Assembly: GCF_001194135.2 (NCBI RefSeq)
Contig: NC_068985.1
Span: 32,621,445-32,685,444 of the forward strand
Direction of reading: 5' to 3'
DNA from: Octopus bimaculoides
Taxonomy: Eukaryota
DNA length: 64,000 nt
The translations under genes and the position numbers were made by a program. The notes under the pieces were generated by a model that worked only from the letters and a program-made list of their open reading frames with translations, was not told the origin of the DNA and did no database searches. This document shows positions 52,141 through 64,000 of the stretch, one piece after another. Each line of letters begins with the position of its first letter. The first letter of the stretch is position 1.

Positions 52141-53312
52141 GTCCACATCTATCAAGAGTATTTACACGTTTCTCAAAACAAACTGCTGTTATTACTTCCC
52201 TCCCTCATATTATGCTTCTATTGCAGATGGGTATATTTGCTAGTAGTCTAAGTGGTGTAAAAGCAGAAAATGAATACAGTATAAATGCCAGTTTTAAATA
52301 GGACCCAGTATACATTTTTATTCACATTTTAATCTTTCCTGATGTTTTATTCTCAGTTACTGTTAGAAAGTTTCCATCAGTTTTCAAAGGTTAGTAAAAA
52401 CAATTTCATTCTTAACATCTAATCTTTGGCTCAGGACAGTTAATATTTTGTCAGAAGTCACAGGACAACACGTGTATTGGATATAAATTAGTCACTGCAT
52501 TACTAAATAATAGCAATGAAATAATCATTTATTTCATTTATATCAATTGAATCAACTCTCTATTTTTTATTTTTTTATTAAGCCTAGTAAGAAAAAGGAC
52601 ATATAGCAAAGTCAACCTACATATATAAGGCACTAACCTTAATACAATAAGGGAGCCTTGACATGGTTGCTCAACCTACTAGAAATAGCCATATGTCCTG
52701 GATATCAGAGCTGACAAGGGGTTAAGCAAAAACAACAGGAGCTAAACTTAATACTTTCATGCATCTTGTTCAACACTTCATCATCATCATTGTTCTCATG
52801 TCCACTTTTCCATGCTTGCATGGATTAAACAATCCACTGTGACAAATTTTTTTATGGCTCGATGTCCTTTCCATCGCCAATCCTCACCTATTTCTAAGAT
52901 TTCCAACAAATGCACTCTAATATGTCCAAATAAAAAAAATTAAAATTTACATTAAATATTTTCAATTAAATTTCTAATTATAGAACTAATTTACTTAAAA
53001 ACTGTATAAATTTTCATACTTTTCATGATACACAGGAGTAGCACTAAATTTGTTTTAAACATTTCTAGTACTTTAAATTTAAATTAAACATTTTTAGCTT
53101 TCTGAAGCCTATAAATAATGTGATATTTCCTTAAGATAAGAAAAATATTTTATATTCACACAACCTAAGGACAGGAGTTATACTATGAAAATTTGAATGC
53201 ATGTTACATGCCAAATCAACAGTAATACAAACAAAAACAAAAGTACCAAACATTCCAAAGAAAATTTTAAAATTTAATAAATGACAAGTTAAAAAAAGAG
53301 AAATTAATTTAC

Positions 53313-55850
53313 CAGGCTGTATTTGGTTACCAATAGAAATTTTGGCTTTCTGTTGTGAATCTTTTGAAGGTGAAATATTTGCCCTTGTATCAGAGGTTTT
53401 TGATGCATCAATACCTGCTTCCTGTCCATTATTAGGTGAATTTTGAAAACCAGGAGATTGAATATCAGCGTTAGTTCCTTCAGCATGGCCTTTTTTAGAA
53501 CTAACTGGGTTTTGAAAATCAGATGGATTCCTAGAATTAGCAGAGATACCTCCAGCATTAGAGGGCTTTACAGAACCACCAGATGGTGTCTCAGAATTAA
53601 GTCCAATTCTAGGATTAGATAGGTTTTGAGAATCAGATGATAACATTTCAGAATTAGGTCTACTTCCAGTATTAAGTGGGGTTTGAGAACCAGGAGATTG
53701 GATACCAGTCTTAGCTCCTTCAACAGGGGCGTTTCCACGATTAAGTGGGTTTTGAAAATCAGATGGATTCTTAGAATTGAGTTTATCTCCAGTGCCTTTT
53801 CTAGAACTAACTGGGTTTTGTAAATCAGATGGATTCCTAGAATTAGCAGAGATATCTCCAGTATTAGCAGAGATACTCTTAGAAGTTGCTCCACTTCCAG
53901 CATTAGATGAGTTTATAGAACCACCAGATAGTGTCTTAGAATTAAGTCCAATTCTAGGATTAGATAGGTTTTGAGAACCAGATGATAACATTTCAGGATT
54001 AGGTCTACTTCCAGTATTAAGTGGGGTTTGAGAACCAGGAGATTGGATACCAGTCTTAGCTCCTTCAACAGGGGTGTTTCCACGATTAAGTGGGTTTTGA
54101 AAATCAGATGGATTCTTAGANNNNNNNNNNCCAGTGCCTTTTCTAGAACTAACTGGGCTTTGTAAATCAGATGGATTCCTAGAATTAGCAGGGATATCTC
54201 CAGTATTAGCAGAGATACTCTTAGAAGTTGCTCCACTTCCAGTATTAGAAGAGTTTAGAGAACCACCAGATGGTGTCTCAGAATTAAGTCCATTTCTAGC
54301 ATTAGATGGGTTTTGAGAACCAGATGATAACATTTCAGGATTAGGTCTACTTCCAGTATTAAGTGGGGTTTGAGAACCAGAAGATTGGTTACCAGTCTTA
54401 GCTCCTTCAACAGGGGTGTTTCCACGATTAAGTGAGTTTTGAAAATCAGATGGATTCTTAGAATTGAGTTTATCTCCAGTATTAGCAGAGATACTCTTAG
54501 AAGTTGCTCCACTTCCAGTATTAGATNNNNNNNNNNNNNNNNNNNNNNNNNNNNNNNNNNNNNNNNNNNNNNNNNNNNNNNNNNNNNNNNNNNNNNNNNN
54601 NNNNNNNNNNNNNNNNNNNNNNNNNNNNNNNNNNNNNNNNNNNNNNNNNNNNNNNNNNNNNNNNNNNNNNNNNNNNNNNNNNNNNNNNNNNNNNNNNNNN
54701 NNNNNNNNNNNNNNNNNNNNNNNNNNNNNNNNNNNNNNNNNNNNNNNNNNNNNNNNNNNNNNNNNNNNNNNNNNNNNNNNNNNNNNNNNNNNNNNNNNNN
54801 NNNNNNNNNNNNNNNNNNNNNNNNNNNNNNNNNNNNNNNNNNNNNNNNNNNNNNNNNNNNNNNNNNNNNNNNNNNNNNNNNNNNNNNNNNNNNNNNNNNN
54901 NNNNNNNNNNNNNNNNNNNNNNNNNNNNNNNNNNNNNNNNNNNNNNNNNNNNNNNNNNNNNNNNNNNNNNNNNNNNNNNNNNNNNNNNNNNNNNNNNNNN
55001 NNNNNNNNNNNNNNNNNNNNNNNNNNNNNNNNNNNNNNNNNNNNNNNNNNNNNNNNNNNNNNNNNNNNNNNNNNNNNNNNNNNNNNNNNNNNNNNNNNNN
55101 NNNNNNNNNNNNNNNNNNNNNNNNNNNNNNNNNNNNNNNNNNNNNNNNNNNNNNNNNNNNNNNNNNNNNNNNNNNNNNNNNNNNNNNNNNNNNNNNNNNN
55201 NNNNNNNNNNNNNNNNNNNNNNNNNNNNNNNNNNNNNNNNNNNNNNNNNNNNNNNNNNNNNNNNNNNNNNNNNNNNNNNNNNNNNNNNNNNNNNNNNNNN
55301 NNNNNNNNNNNNNNNNNNNNNNNNNNNNNNNNNNNNNNNNNNNNNNNNNNNNNNNNNNNNNNNNNNNNNNNNNNNNNNNNNNNNNNNNNNNNNNNNNNNN
55401 NNNNNNNNNNNNNNNNNNNNNNNNNNNNNNNNNNNNNNNNNNNNNNNNNNNNNNNNNNNNNNNNNNNNNNNNNNNNNNNNNNNNNNNNNNNAGGAGATTG
55501 GTTACTAGTCTTAGCTCCTTCAACAGGGGCGTTTCCACGATTAAGTAAGTTTTGAAAATCAGATGGATTCTTAGAATTGAGTTTATCTCCAGTATTAGCA
55601 GAGATACTCTTAGAAGTTGCTCCACTTCCAGTATTAGATGAGTTTATAGAACCACCAGATAGTGTCTCAGAATTATGTCCATTTCTAGGATTAGATGGAT
55701 TTTGAGAATCAGATGATAGAATTACAGGATTAGGTCCACTTCCAGTACTGACTATACCTGGAATTTTAACTACACCTCTACCAGAGAACATAAAACTGGA
55801 TCCAATAGTATTGTTATTAGATGCTTCAACTCCGAGATGTTTACCTGTAA
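53313..55850 (-). CDS. Large lumenal-domain exon of the TGN38/TGOLN2-like protein, built of 92/115-aa Ser/Asn/Gly/Pro-rich tandem repeats
   Basis: Acceptor ttttctttttcag|55850 (alternative at 55844), donor CCTG|gtaaat. No stop in the sequenced parts of this frame on either side of the gaps; phase 1 to 1 matches the TM exon. Repeat period 345 nt (gataccagtc at 53701 and 54046). Confidence 0.78.
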
Positions 55851-55964
55851 CTGAAAAAGAAAACAAATATTAGTCATAAATGTACATAATTATAATTTTT
55901 GATATATAACAAAATTAGGTGAATAATATATATACAATTTCAAATACATGAATGTGTATTATGG

Positions 55965-57688
55965 TATTTCAGTGTGCTTTAGGAATACTTGGTGAGGTCC
56001 ATCTCTTCTGCAAGAGTTCAGTCCCTCAATAAGTTTAGCCTGCCAGAAGAAACAGTTGCCAGAGTGTGGCTGAAAATGATATCGGAGACAAAAGTGAAAG
56101 TCAAGAGAGAACCATTGTACTTGTCCATCCCTAAGGATGGCAACCAAGGTATTCTATCAACTTGAACAAAACAGACCTGGAGGCATATGACTTGGATAGT
56201 GGGATGATTCAGGATGAGAGAAACCAATGATTGTGGACTGCTACTCCTAAAATTTGCTAGCACTCACAAGCTGACCATAGCCAACACACTGTTCCCAAAC
56301 AAGACGCCTGTCAAAATAACATGGCATGCACCCAACACAGGACACACAACCAAATTAATTTAATCCTCATATCTCAAAAGTTCAAGGCTAGGACAAAGAT
56401 TTTCCTTGATGCAGATGTTAACAGTGATCATGATTTGGTTCTGATGACAATGAGACTCAAACTGAAAAGATCCATAAGAAAAGAGTAACACATTAAGTTT
56501 GACATAGACAAACTGAAAGATCCCAGGGTTGTACTGGTGTTTAAGGTGAAAGTGGGTGGCAGGTTTGCTGCCCTTAACATTCTAAAAGATAACAAATTCC
56601 CTGACTGACCACATTGGGGAAGTATTTCAGGAAATGTCTCTAGAAGTGCTAAGGAGAAGTAGAAGAAAGAAGAAATTATGGGACACTGATGATAACTTGG
56701 ACTTATGTGACTTAAGGCAGGACCTGAAGAAGACCAAGCTAACAGGTCAGGAGACATGTCAGAAATACAATGCTGCAAATAAAAAGGTTAAGAAGAAAAT
56801 GAGGGAAAAATGGATAGCAGACCAGTGCAAAATCATCAAAGTTGAGATAAAGACAGACAAAAGCAAGGTTGCTTTTGAAACCCTCAAAATCCTACCAGAA
56901 ACAAAGATACACACCACCACTCCGATTCTCTAGGAGGAAATCAAAGAGGTAGTGTGCATACTCAAAAATGGAAAATCCCCAGGAATGGATAATATCCCGT
57001 TAGAATTCCTGAAACAAGAAGGACCAAAGCTTATCAAGGCACTAACAACCTATTAGAAGATATGAGAGAAGAAGCAGTGACCAATCACTGATGATATCCA
57101 TGCCCAAGAAAGTTAACTTGAGACTCTGCCTGAATTAAAGAACAACCAGCAACAACAAAGTATTGCTAAAATTCCTGCTAAACAGATTCAAGAAGCATGC
57201 AGGAGAACAGGTAGGACTTAGGCCCCAAAGGTGTACTGTGGGGTAAATATTTAACATTAGACTGTTCACTGAGAAACATCTGCAATGCCAGTCTGACCTC
57301 TGTCATAACTTCATCAACTTTGAAAAGGCCTTTGGCTGCTTGGCACAATGGGTTATGGCAAGTGATGGAGAATTACAACTTCAACACCCTCATCAAAGTA
57401 ATCCAAGAACTGTATATAAACTCAAATAGTGTAGTTCTTTCTCATGAACAACAACATTGAAGAATTATTCAGGACAACAGTAGATGTTTGACAAGGATGT
57501 CAACTTTCTCCAGTGCTTTTCAGCATCTTCCTGGAGAGCAACATACAGGAGACATGCCAAGATTTCCACCCCTCTGCTTCCAATGGAAGACAGCCCATTT
57601 CCAGCGTGCCCTTTGCTAATAATACTGACCTGTTAGGAAGCAATGAAGAACTACAAAAGCTCATCATCAGGCTGGAAAAAGTATCAAG
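55965..57688 (+). mobile_element. Decayed LINE (RTE-like, second family): APE end and RT, interrupted at 57689
   Basis: THKLTIANTLF, ADVNSDHDLV, KSPGMDNIP, FINFEKAF, QGCQLSPVLFSIFLE, PFANNTDLL..LIIRLEKVS. Confidence 0.85.
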
Positions 57689-57879
57689 TGTGGTGCTATC
57701 TCCTTTTCATTAGTCACCTACCATAACACGAAGTCTCTAATTTAAAAAGAACACATTTGGGTCCCTAATAGTGGGAGGCCATTACTATGTATGCTTTGCT
57801 AATAAACGGACATAGCTTATCTCACGCTGAATTGTCTTTCTATTTATTAACCAATATTGTCAAGCTTCATTATACTACA
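57689..57879 (+). mobile_element. Putative 5' LTR (191 bp)
   Basis: Begins TGTGGTG, ends TACTACA, contains AATAAA at 57801, and directly precedes the PBS. Confidence 0.7.
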
Positions 57880-57897
57880 TGGTGTCAGAAATGGGAT
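57880..57897 (+). promoter_or_regulatory. Primer-binding site complementary to the tRNA-Leu 3' end
   Basis: TGGTGTCAGAAATGGGAT, one mismatch to TGGTGTCAGAAGTGGGAT. Confidence 0.8.
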
Positions 57898-57985
57898 CCC
57901 AAAGGATTTGAAGTATCTCAAAAAAAAAAAAAAAAAATGAGAATTCTTCACAGAATTGTAAGTTTATTTTTTCATTTGATTTGGA

Positions 57986-59427
57986 GAATGTCTGCAAGGC
58001 CTTTTTCTGCAAGTTTCCCATCTCCAGAGCGAATGTCTTTATCAGGAAATGTGGCTAGCAAGTGGAGAAGATTTAAACAAAACTTTTTGAATTATTCAAT
58101 TGCCAGTCGACTCTCAAATGAATTTGATACTGGATATCAAACTTCTGTATTTCTGGCGACTATTAGAGAAGAATGTTTTGATATAAATGAAGAACTACAA
58201 TTTGACGATGAAGAACAGAAAAATGATCTATCTGAAGTGATTAACAAATTCAAGGAATTTTTCATTGGTGAGACACACGAAGCTTATGAGTCTTATCAAT
58301 TCCACCTTTGTAAACAAGAGAATTTCGAGAACATAGAAATCTACATAGCTGTCTTGCACCAACTTGCAAAAAACTGAAACTTTGAAGAATTAAAGGACAA
58401 ACTTATTAGGAGTCAAGTTGTTGTTGGTGTTAAAGACAATCTTTTGAAAGAAAAACTTTTAGCAGACAAAAAGCTAACCCTTGACAAATACCTACAGATA
58501 GAGCACATGAGACATCAAAATAACAAACAAAAGCTACTTCCTCAACTGTCAATGCAGCAGATCCACAATTAAACCATGTCACAGGACCAAATAATAAAAA
58601 AGGGTATCAACATATAAAAAGAAGATGCCTGAGAGAAAGTGCATGTGGTGTGGAATGTTCACATTTCACAATAGAAATGACTGCCCTGCCTCAGCAACAA
58701 GATGCAGACGGTGTTCAAAAATAGGACACTACGCAACTGTTTTCAAGAATTTTTCAATGGTTAGGAGAATTGAAGAGGAAGAACATCATTTCTTAGGTTA
58801 TGTTTCTTCGGAAAATATAAATGCAGTTTGTGAAGACAATAAAATAGAATGGCAAGCAAAAATAGAAGTCACCACCAAAGTCTGCAGCACAATTGTCGAA
58901 TTTAGATTGGATACTGGTGAAGATGTGATAGTAGTACCTAACTGGTTCTTCAGGAAGAATTCTCCAATAATAAAACCTACAAACAAAAGGTTATATGGAC
59001 TAGGTCAACACAAAATAAAAGTACTTGGACGTGTAGATGCCACATTGAGTTATGGGAAAGCAATGTTGCAACAGGAACTGTATGTTGTGCAAGACTTAGC
59101 TGAACCATTATTGGGTGGACCAGCAATCAAAGGTCTCAATCTATTAAGTAAAATCAATGCGATAAAAAGTGAAGCTGTCCAATATAAAAAAGACTTCTCC
59201 AGTGTGTTTACAGGCCTATGGAAATTGAGGCATGTATACAAAATTCACTTGGATGAAACAGCTCAACCTTTCTCAATCGCCGTCCCCAGACAACTACCAC
59301 TTTCTATGAAGAAGAAAGTCCAGCAAGAATTAAAGTGATTGGAAAAAGAGAAAATTATCCATCCAGTGAAGTCCCCAACAGACTGGTGTGCTCCCATTGT
59401 AGTGGTCCTGAAAAACGATGAAAAAGT
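57986..59427 (+). mobile_element. Ty3/Gypsy (Mag-like) gag-protease-RT N-terminus, decayed and truncated
   Basis: GNVASKWRRFKQNF gag start; tandem knuckles CMWCG..H..C and CRRCSKIGHY; protease RLDTG; RT start PRQLPL..SPTDWCAPIVVV. Confidence 0.88.
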
Positions 59428-59970
59428 CTCTGCTGCCATGATGAAGCTGAACATCATATAGAAAACTCCATTAGTTTCCCAAGACTCAAAGTGTGTAAGT
59501 CCCTGGTGACTTTGGTCCTTCTGTATGGGTCTGAGAGCTGGACTCTAACAGTTAACATGGAACAAAGAATCCAGACATTTGAGCACAAGTACTTCAGAGG
59601 CTGCTACACATCCCAAACACAGAGCACAAAATGAACAGCTTTGTAAGGCAGTGAGTCAACAAATACAATAGTAGACAGGAACCACTCTTTGTGCAGATAA
59701 GAAGGTGAAAGCTTGCGTGGTATGGTCATGTATCCAGCCACAACTCCCTGTCCAAAACCATCCTTTAGGGCACAGTTGGGTAAGGGAGAAAGAGAGGCAG
59801 AGAAAATCCTAGTCTGACAACATTAAGGAATGGTCAAGTCACAAACCATGACCCTGCTATGCATGACAGAGAACAAAGACCAGTGGTGACGGCCGACTGC
59901 AAAAGTGTCTAGAGTGACACACCAATGACTGCATCAGTTAAGGGAAATTGATGATAATGAAATAATATGA
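59428..59970 (+). mobile_element. Resumption of the interrupted LINE (RT C-terminus and 3' end)
   Basis: AMMKLNII..KSLVTLVLLYGSESWTLT..LAWYGHV..SKTIL.GTVG..SDNIKEW. Confidence 0.8.
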
Positions 59971-60857
59971 AAATTTAAATGACTGCTAAAATTCATTTTT
60001 AATATGAGTTAAAAAAAAAATTCTTCATTCAGAGATCATCTGTATAGAAACAAAGGGTTATTTTACTTTTAAAATGGATTGCAAAACATTCCCAAAACAT
60101 TTAAACCAATTTGTTATTGGTGATTCTAGATTCACACAATTTCTTCCTTAATAAGACTAACTTTTGAGAATTTTTGACAAAACACATTTGTTTTTATTAA
60201 GAGGAACAACATGATGTTAACATAGATCATACACTATTAACCCATATGGAAAAATCTAACCATCACCTGTCAAATCTAACAAAGCAAATAATAAACATGT
60301 TCAAGGTTAGCTAGTGCTGCAGTTACTATTTGATCTTGATAATGATAAAGACTGCCAGTCTTGTTTTGCCAACATTCTGTTCACTAGCTGTAATATAATG
60401 CTGTCTGGTCATTTAACATGCTTTCCCCCACCCCCCTTTTTAAACTTAATTGGCAACTATAAAAGGTAGATTGGTGAATTCTCATGTTTTTAATGTCAGA
60501 AATAATAACAGTTAGGTTAAATGCAATGATTAAGAAAGAATATTAGGATTATCATTATTCTTGCTGAAGCAAGAGAGAAAACTTTGAGTTATATTTCATC
60601 AGCAGAAGCATTTCGCTTGCTTGTACTGTAACAACTGACTTGCTTTTTAAAATGTTCATATAAGAAAAATAAAATCAAGAGGCATATAAACTGTTACAAA
60701 AGGTTTGCCTCCATGGCATGGCCAGTTTAATCAAGAAAGTATTAGATAGTTGAAAAGAACCGATAGCATGGTACCATAGGCTACAGGCAGCAATCCTGCT
60801 AAATATGCAGGACTCCAGGAGTTACAACAAAACTTGAGATAAAAAAAATAATAATAA

Positions 60858-61013
60858 TCCTTACTGTTATAGGCACAAGGCCTGAAATTTTGGGTGAGAG
60901 GTACCATCAATTACATCAACCCCAGTGCTTAACTGGTACTTATTTTACTGAACCCAAAAGGATAAAAGGCAAAGTTAACCTCAGCGGAATTACTACTGCT
61001 GCTGCTGCTACTG

Positions 61014-61052
<39 letters not shown>

Positions 61053-61460
61053 ATAATAATAATAATAATAATAATAATAGCAATAATAATTTCAAATTTT
61101 GGGAGATGGCCAGCAATTTTGGAAGAGTGGATAAGTCAATTCAACTGGTACTTATTTTATCAACCCTGAAAGGATGAAAGCAAAGTCAACTTTGGCAGAA
61201 TCTGAACTCAGAACATAAAGACAGGCGAAATGGTGCTAAGCATTTTGCCCGATGTGCTAATGATTCTATCAGCTCACGGCCTTCATGATAATTCTTTCTA
61301 CTGTAGGCACAAGAACTAAAATTTTGGGGGAGGGGGCACTTAATTTATCAACTCCATAAGAATGAAAGGCAAAACTGACTTTGATGGAATTTGAACTCAG
61401 AATGTAAAAATGCTGTTAAACATTTTGCCTAGTGTACTAATGATTCTGCCAGCTCACAGC
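60858..61460 (-). mobile_element. Three tandem SINE B copies with an (ACT)n(AAT)n tract
   Basis: Repeated ataggcacaagg..aaattttggg..aaaggcaaagt..gaactcagaa; trinucleotide runs at 60990-61090. Confidence 0.8.
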
Positions 61461-61659
61461 ATTAATAATAATACTAAAGTTCAAAGATGGACTTGGAGAT
61501 TGAAAATCAACAGGATGTGGAAAATGAAGGAGAGAAAGTTCACCAACCATATCCCAAATAACATCAATATCTATATAGTTCAGATGTCCAACTGGGAACA
61601 GCCCACAAACTTGGCAGTTAATATCTTGCCTTTAATGCCTTAGACTAACAGTTTGGATC

Positions 61660-61948
61660 TGGACTTAAGGATACAAAACAGGAAATACAGATAGGAACAA
61701 TGGCACATAAAATACACCATTTTGAGCGTGGCCGTTGCCAGTACCGCCTGACTGGCCTTCGTGCGGGTGACACGTAAAAGCACCCACTACACTCTCAGAG
61801 TGGTTGGCGTTAGGAAGGGCATCCAGTTGTAGAAACTCTACCAAATCAGATTGGAGCCTGGTGTTGCCATCCGGTTTCACCAGTCCTCAGTCAAATCGTC
61901 CAACCCATACTAGCACAGAAAGCGGACGTTAAACGATGATGATGATGT
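61660..61948 (+). mobile_element. RTE LINE 3' terminus, young copy
   Basis: Closely matches 13635-13875; ends ttaaacgatgatgatgatg. Confidence 0.85.
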
Positions 61949-62461
61949 CTCTAACATGAATAATCTAGCCTTTTATATATCACACCTAGAAAAACAAGTA
62001 ACAGCCATGACTAAAATGTCTTCAATTGTTGGTAAGAGTAGACATGAGGTTCAATAAAAATAAGCAGAGTTAAGGCAACTAATGAATCCTATAAAAAGTT
62101 GAGAAGCTATTGACAGTTACAAAAACCTGCATTATATATACTGTAGTGCAATATGATAGATAGATAGATAGATGCATGCATACATACATACATACCTACG
62201 TACATAGTATGCACAAGTTCAGGTTCATACCTGTAATTATTGGGTCACTGAGATATGTAATACACTGCCTAAATACCAATCTTAAAAAATTAGGCTTCTC
62301 AAAACGAGAAAGGTGATTCAAAGACTACAGATCCAATCCATTACTGGAACTAAAAATCTGTAAAACTTTCCAGGAGTTTATCATTTAAGTATATATGAGC
62401 ATGTCTAGATATGCAAGTATATACATGGGAATACATACATAAAACAAAACATACAAATCTG

Positions 62462-62527
<66 letters not shown>

Positions 62528-62639
62528 AATAAAAATACCCCACTGATGTTGAAATTCCAGTGAAGGAGTCTTGGATCTAGGTTAGAAACTAACTCTTTCT
62601 CTATTCACAAGAAATCTTGAAATAAAACAAAATAGCAAT

Positions 62640-62948
62640 ATACATACATACATATATCTGATGTACTCTCCCATGTAAGACAACATATAAGTGTCCAGCT
62701 TCTGCTGAATGACCTACAGATATGATTTGTTTCTAGTGATCAAATGTATGTGCCACATATTAGTTCACTGCCTCGATCAAATTGATGATGCCTGAACAGG
62801 TACAGTGTACCACGTGTCAGCTGTTGAAGTGATTGCAGAGAAATGTGAGATGAAGTGTTTTGCTCAAGAACAAAACGCACCACTCTGTCTAGGAATTGAA
62901 ACCACGCGATCATGAGTCCAACACCTTAACCACTAGGCCATGCACCTT
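62640..62948 (-). mobile_element. SINE family C (tRNA-like head)
   Basis: Reverse complement: gcatggcctagtggttaaggtgttggactcatgatcgcgtggtttcaattcc (A and B boxes), then ttcttgagcaaaacacttcatctc. Confidence 0.7.
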
Positions 62949-63180
62949 CTTCATGGCTATATATATATATAGTTGTCAAAAAATACAGAGTAGAGAAAAA
63001 CTGAAAACGCAAATTGCAGGCAGTCAAACAGATTCCCGAATGCATAAATGAAAACATTCGAAGTAGTTGAATCATGTATATTTATAACATCAACATAAAT
63101 CATGCATATAGTTGTCTAAGAATCCATGTCAGAAGAAAAGAGGTGCATGTGTATGATTATCAGTATTATAGATCCCTCAC

Positions 63181-63354
63181 CAATCAGTTTCACACTAGGT
63201 ACTAAAACTGGATGTTATAAAACAGCACAGTTAAGTAATACTGTGAAAGACCACCATATTTGTTTTTCCATACCTGCTATCTCTGAAGAGCACATGGTAT
63301 TACTTAACTGTGTTACCTAACATCCAGTTTTAGTACCTAGTGCAAAACCTATTG
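63181..63354. repeat. Long hairpin / MITE-like inverted repeat
   Basis: Perfect 25-bp (63193-63217 / 63318-63342) and 16-bp (63226-63241 / 63297-63312) pairings; ~45-nt spacer. Confidence 0.85.
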
Positions 63355-63786
63355 ATAAGGTATGCTGAAATGGCTCCATCACCACTCAGTGTCATTTTCC
63401 ACACTATCCCTTAAAGTAGCAAACATTCCCTAGCTACACACAAGAGAGAAAACGTGTTAAAAAGATAGGTCGGTTCCTCTCCAATTTTTTTGTAAATTCT
63501 TAAATGTATCTCCTTCTGTGTATATATATATATATCTACCAAACAAAGACGATTTTTTATTGAACTCCTAATACCTATTGTTGAATATTCTCCTTTAAAC
63601 TGTTTTTAACATTTCCTTCTTCTTATCAAAGAATGTATATAAGTATTTTAATACCTTTGTGACAACCCGTACTTAACACAACAAAGCTTATAAAAAGCTT
63701 TACATTTTACTTTTGACAATCTTTTCCTAAAAAAGTGAAACCGGTCAAGTGAATAAACATCTTTAAAATTGCATTTTCAAACCTTC

Positions 63787-63830
<44 letters not shown>

Positions 63831-63944
63831 ACTTGGGGATGGTCATATTGCCAGTTTAGCCAATAAAAACACACGCACTGTATATTTGGTGTTAATTTGC
63901 TTCAGCTTTATATTACATTACATTACATTACATTACATTAATCC

Positions 63945-64000
63945 CATTTTGGCCAGAGTTCTTTCGTCACACTTCTGTGACCTCATCAGTAGTCCTTTGC
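63945..64000 (-). ncRNA. Minimal hammerhead ribozyme-like motif with intact core
   Basis: Minus strand: ggacta CUGAUGA g gucac-agaagu-gugac GAAA g-aa-cu C uggcc. Stem I is weak and the window edge truncates the context. Confidence 0.5.

Noticed and set aside
53304-55625. Leu-rich alternative-frame and antisense ORFs over the repeat exon
   Set aside because: Expected by-product of a tandem coding repeat plus N gap; they are interrupted by stops and lack matching splice sites.
62231-62357. Minus-strand segment with acceptor and CAG|gtatg donor, candidate signal-peptide exon
   Set aside because: The phase-1 frame has an upstream stop and no ATG, and the ATG frame stops after 7 codons; not hydrophobic enough for a signal peptide.

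Overview
AT-rich (N-gapped) eukaryotic scaffold. The SINE, RTE and microsatellite content suggests a coleoid cephalopod, probably Octopus (inference from repeat families). Two convergent protein-coding genes are present. (1) On the + strand, the last six coding exons of ZSWIM8 (1554-15017); the exon phases chain without stops, and one intron best fits a GC-AG boundary. (2) On the - strand, a TGN38/TGOLN2-C5orf15(KCT2)-family type I membrane protein with at least three exons (55850-53313, 44557-44424, 40507-40364). It has a ~2.5 kb lumenal exon made of 92/115-aa Ser/Asn/Gly/Pro repeats, a TM segment and a YKKL sorting motif. Its signal-peptide exon was not found in the window. The rest is transposon-derived: several tRNA-headed SINE families, RTE-clade LINEs (one near full length, with a C4HC3 PHD-like finger inside RT), a DD37D maT transposon, a Gypsy LTR element nested in a LINE, a Penelope-like GIY-YIG element with large inverted arms, MITE/foldback hairpins and two hammerhead-like motifs. 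No prokaryotic features (CRISPR, operons) are present. All homology calls are from recalled family motifs; no database searches were run.
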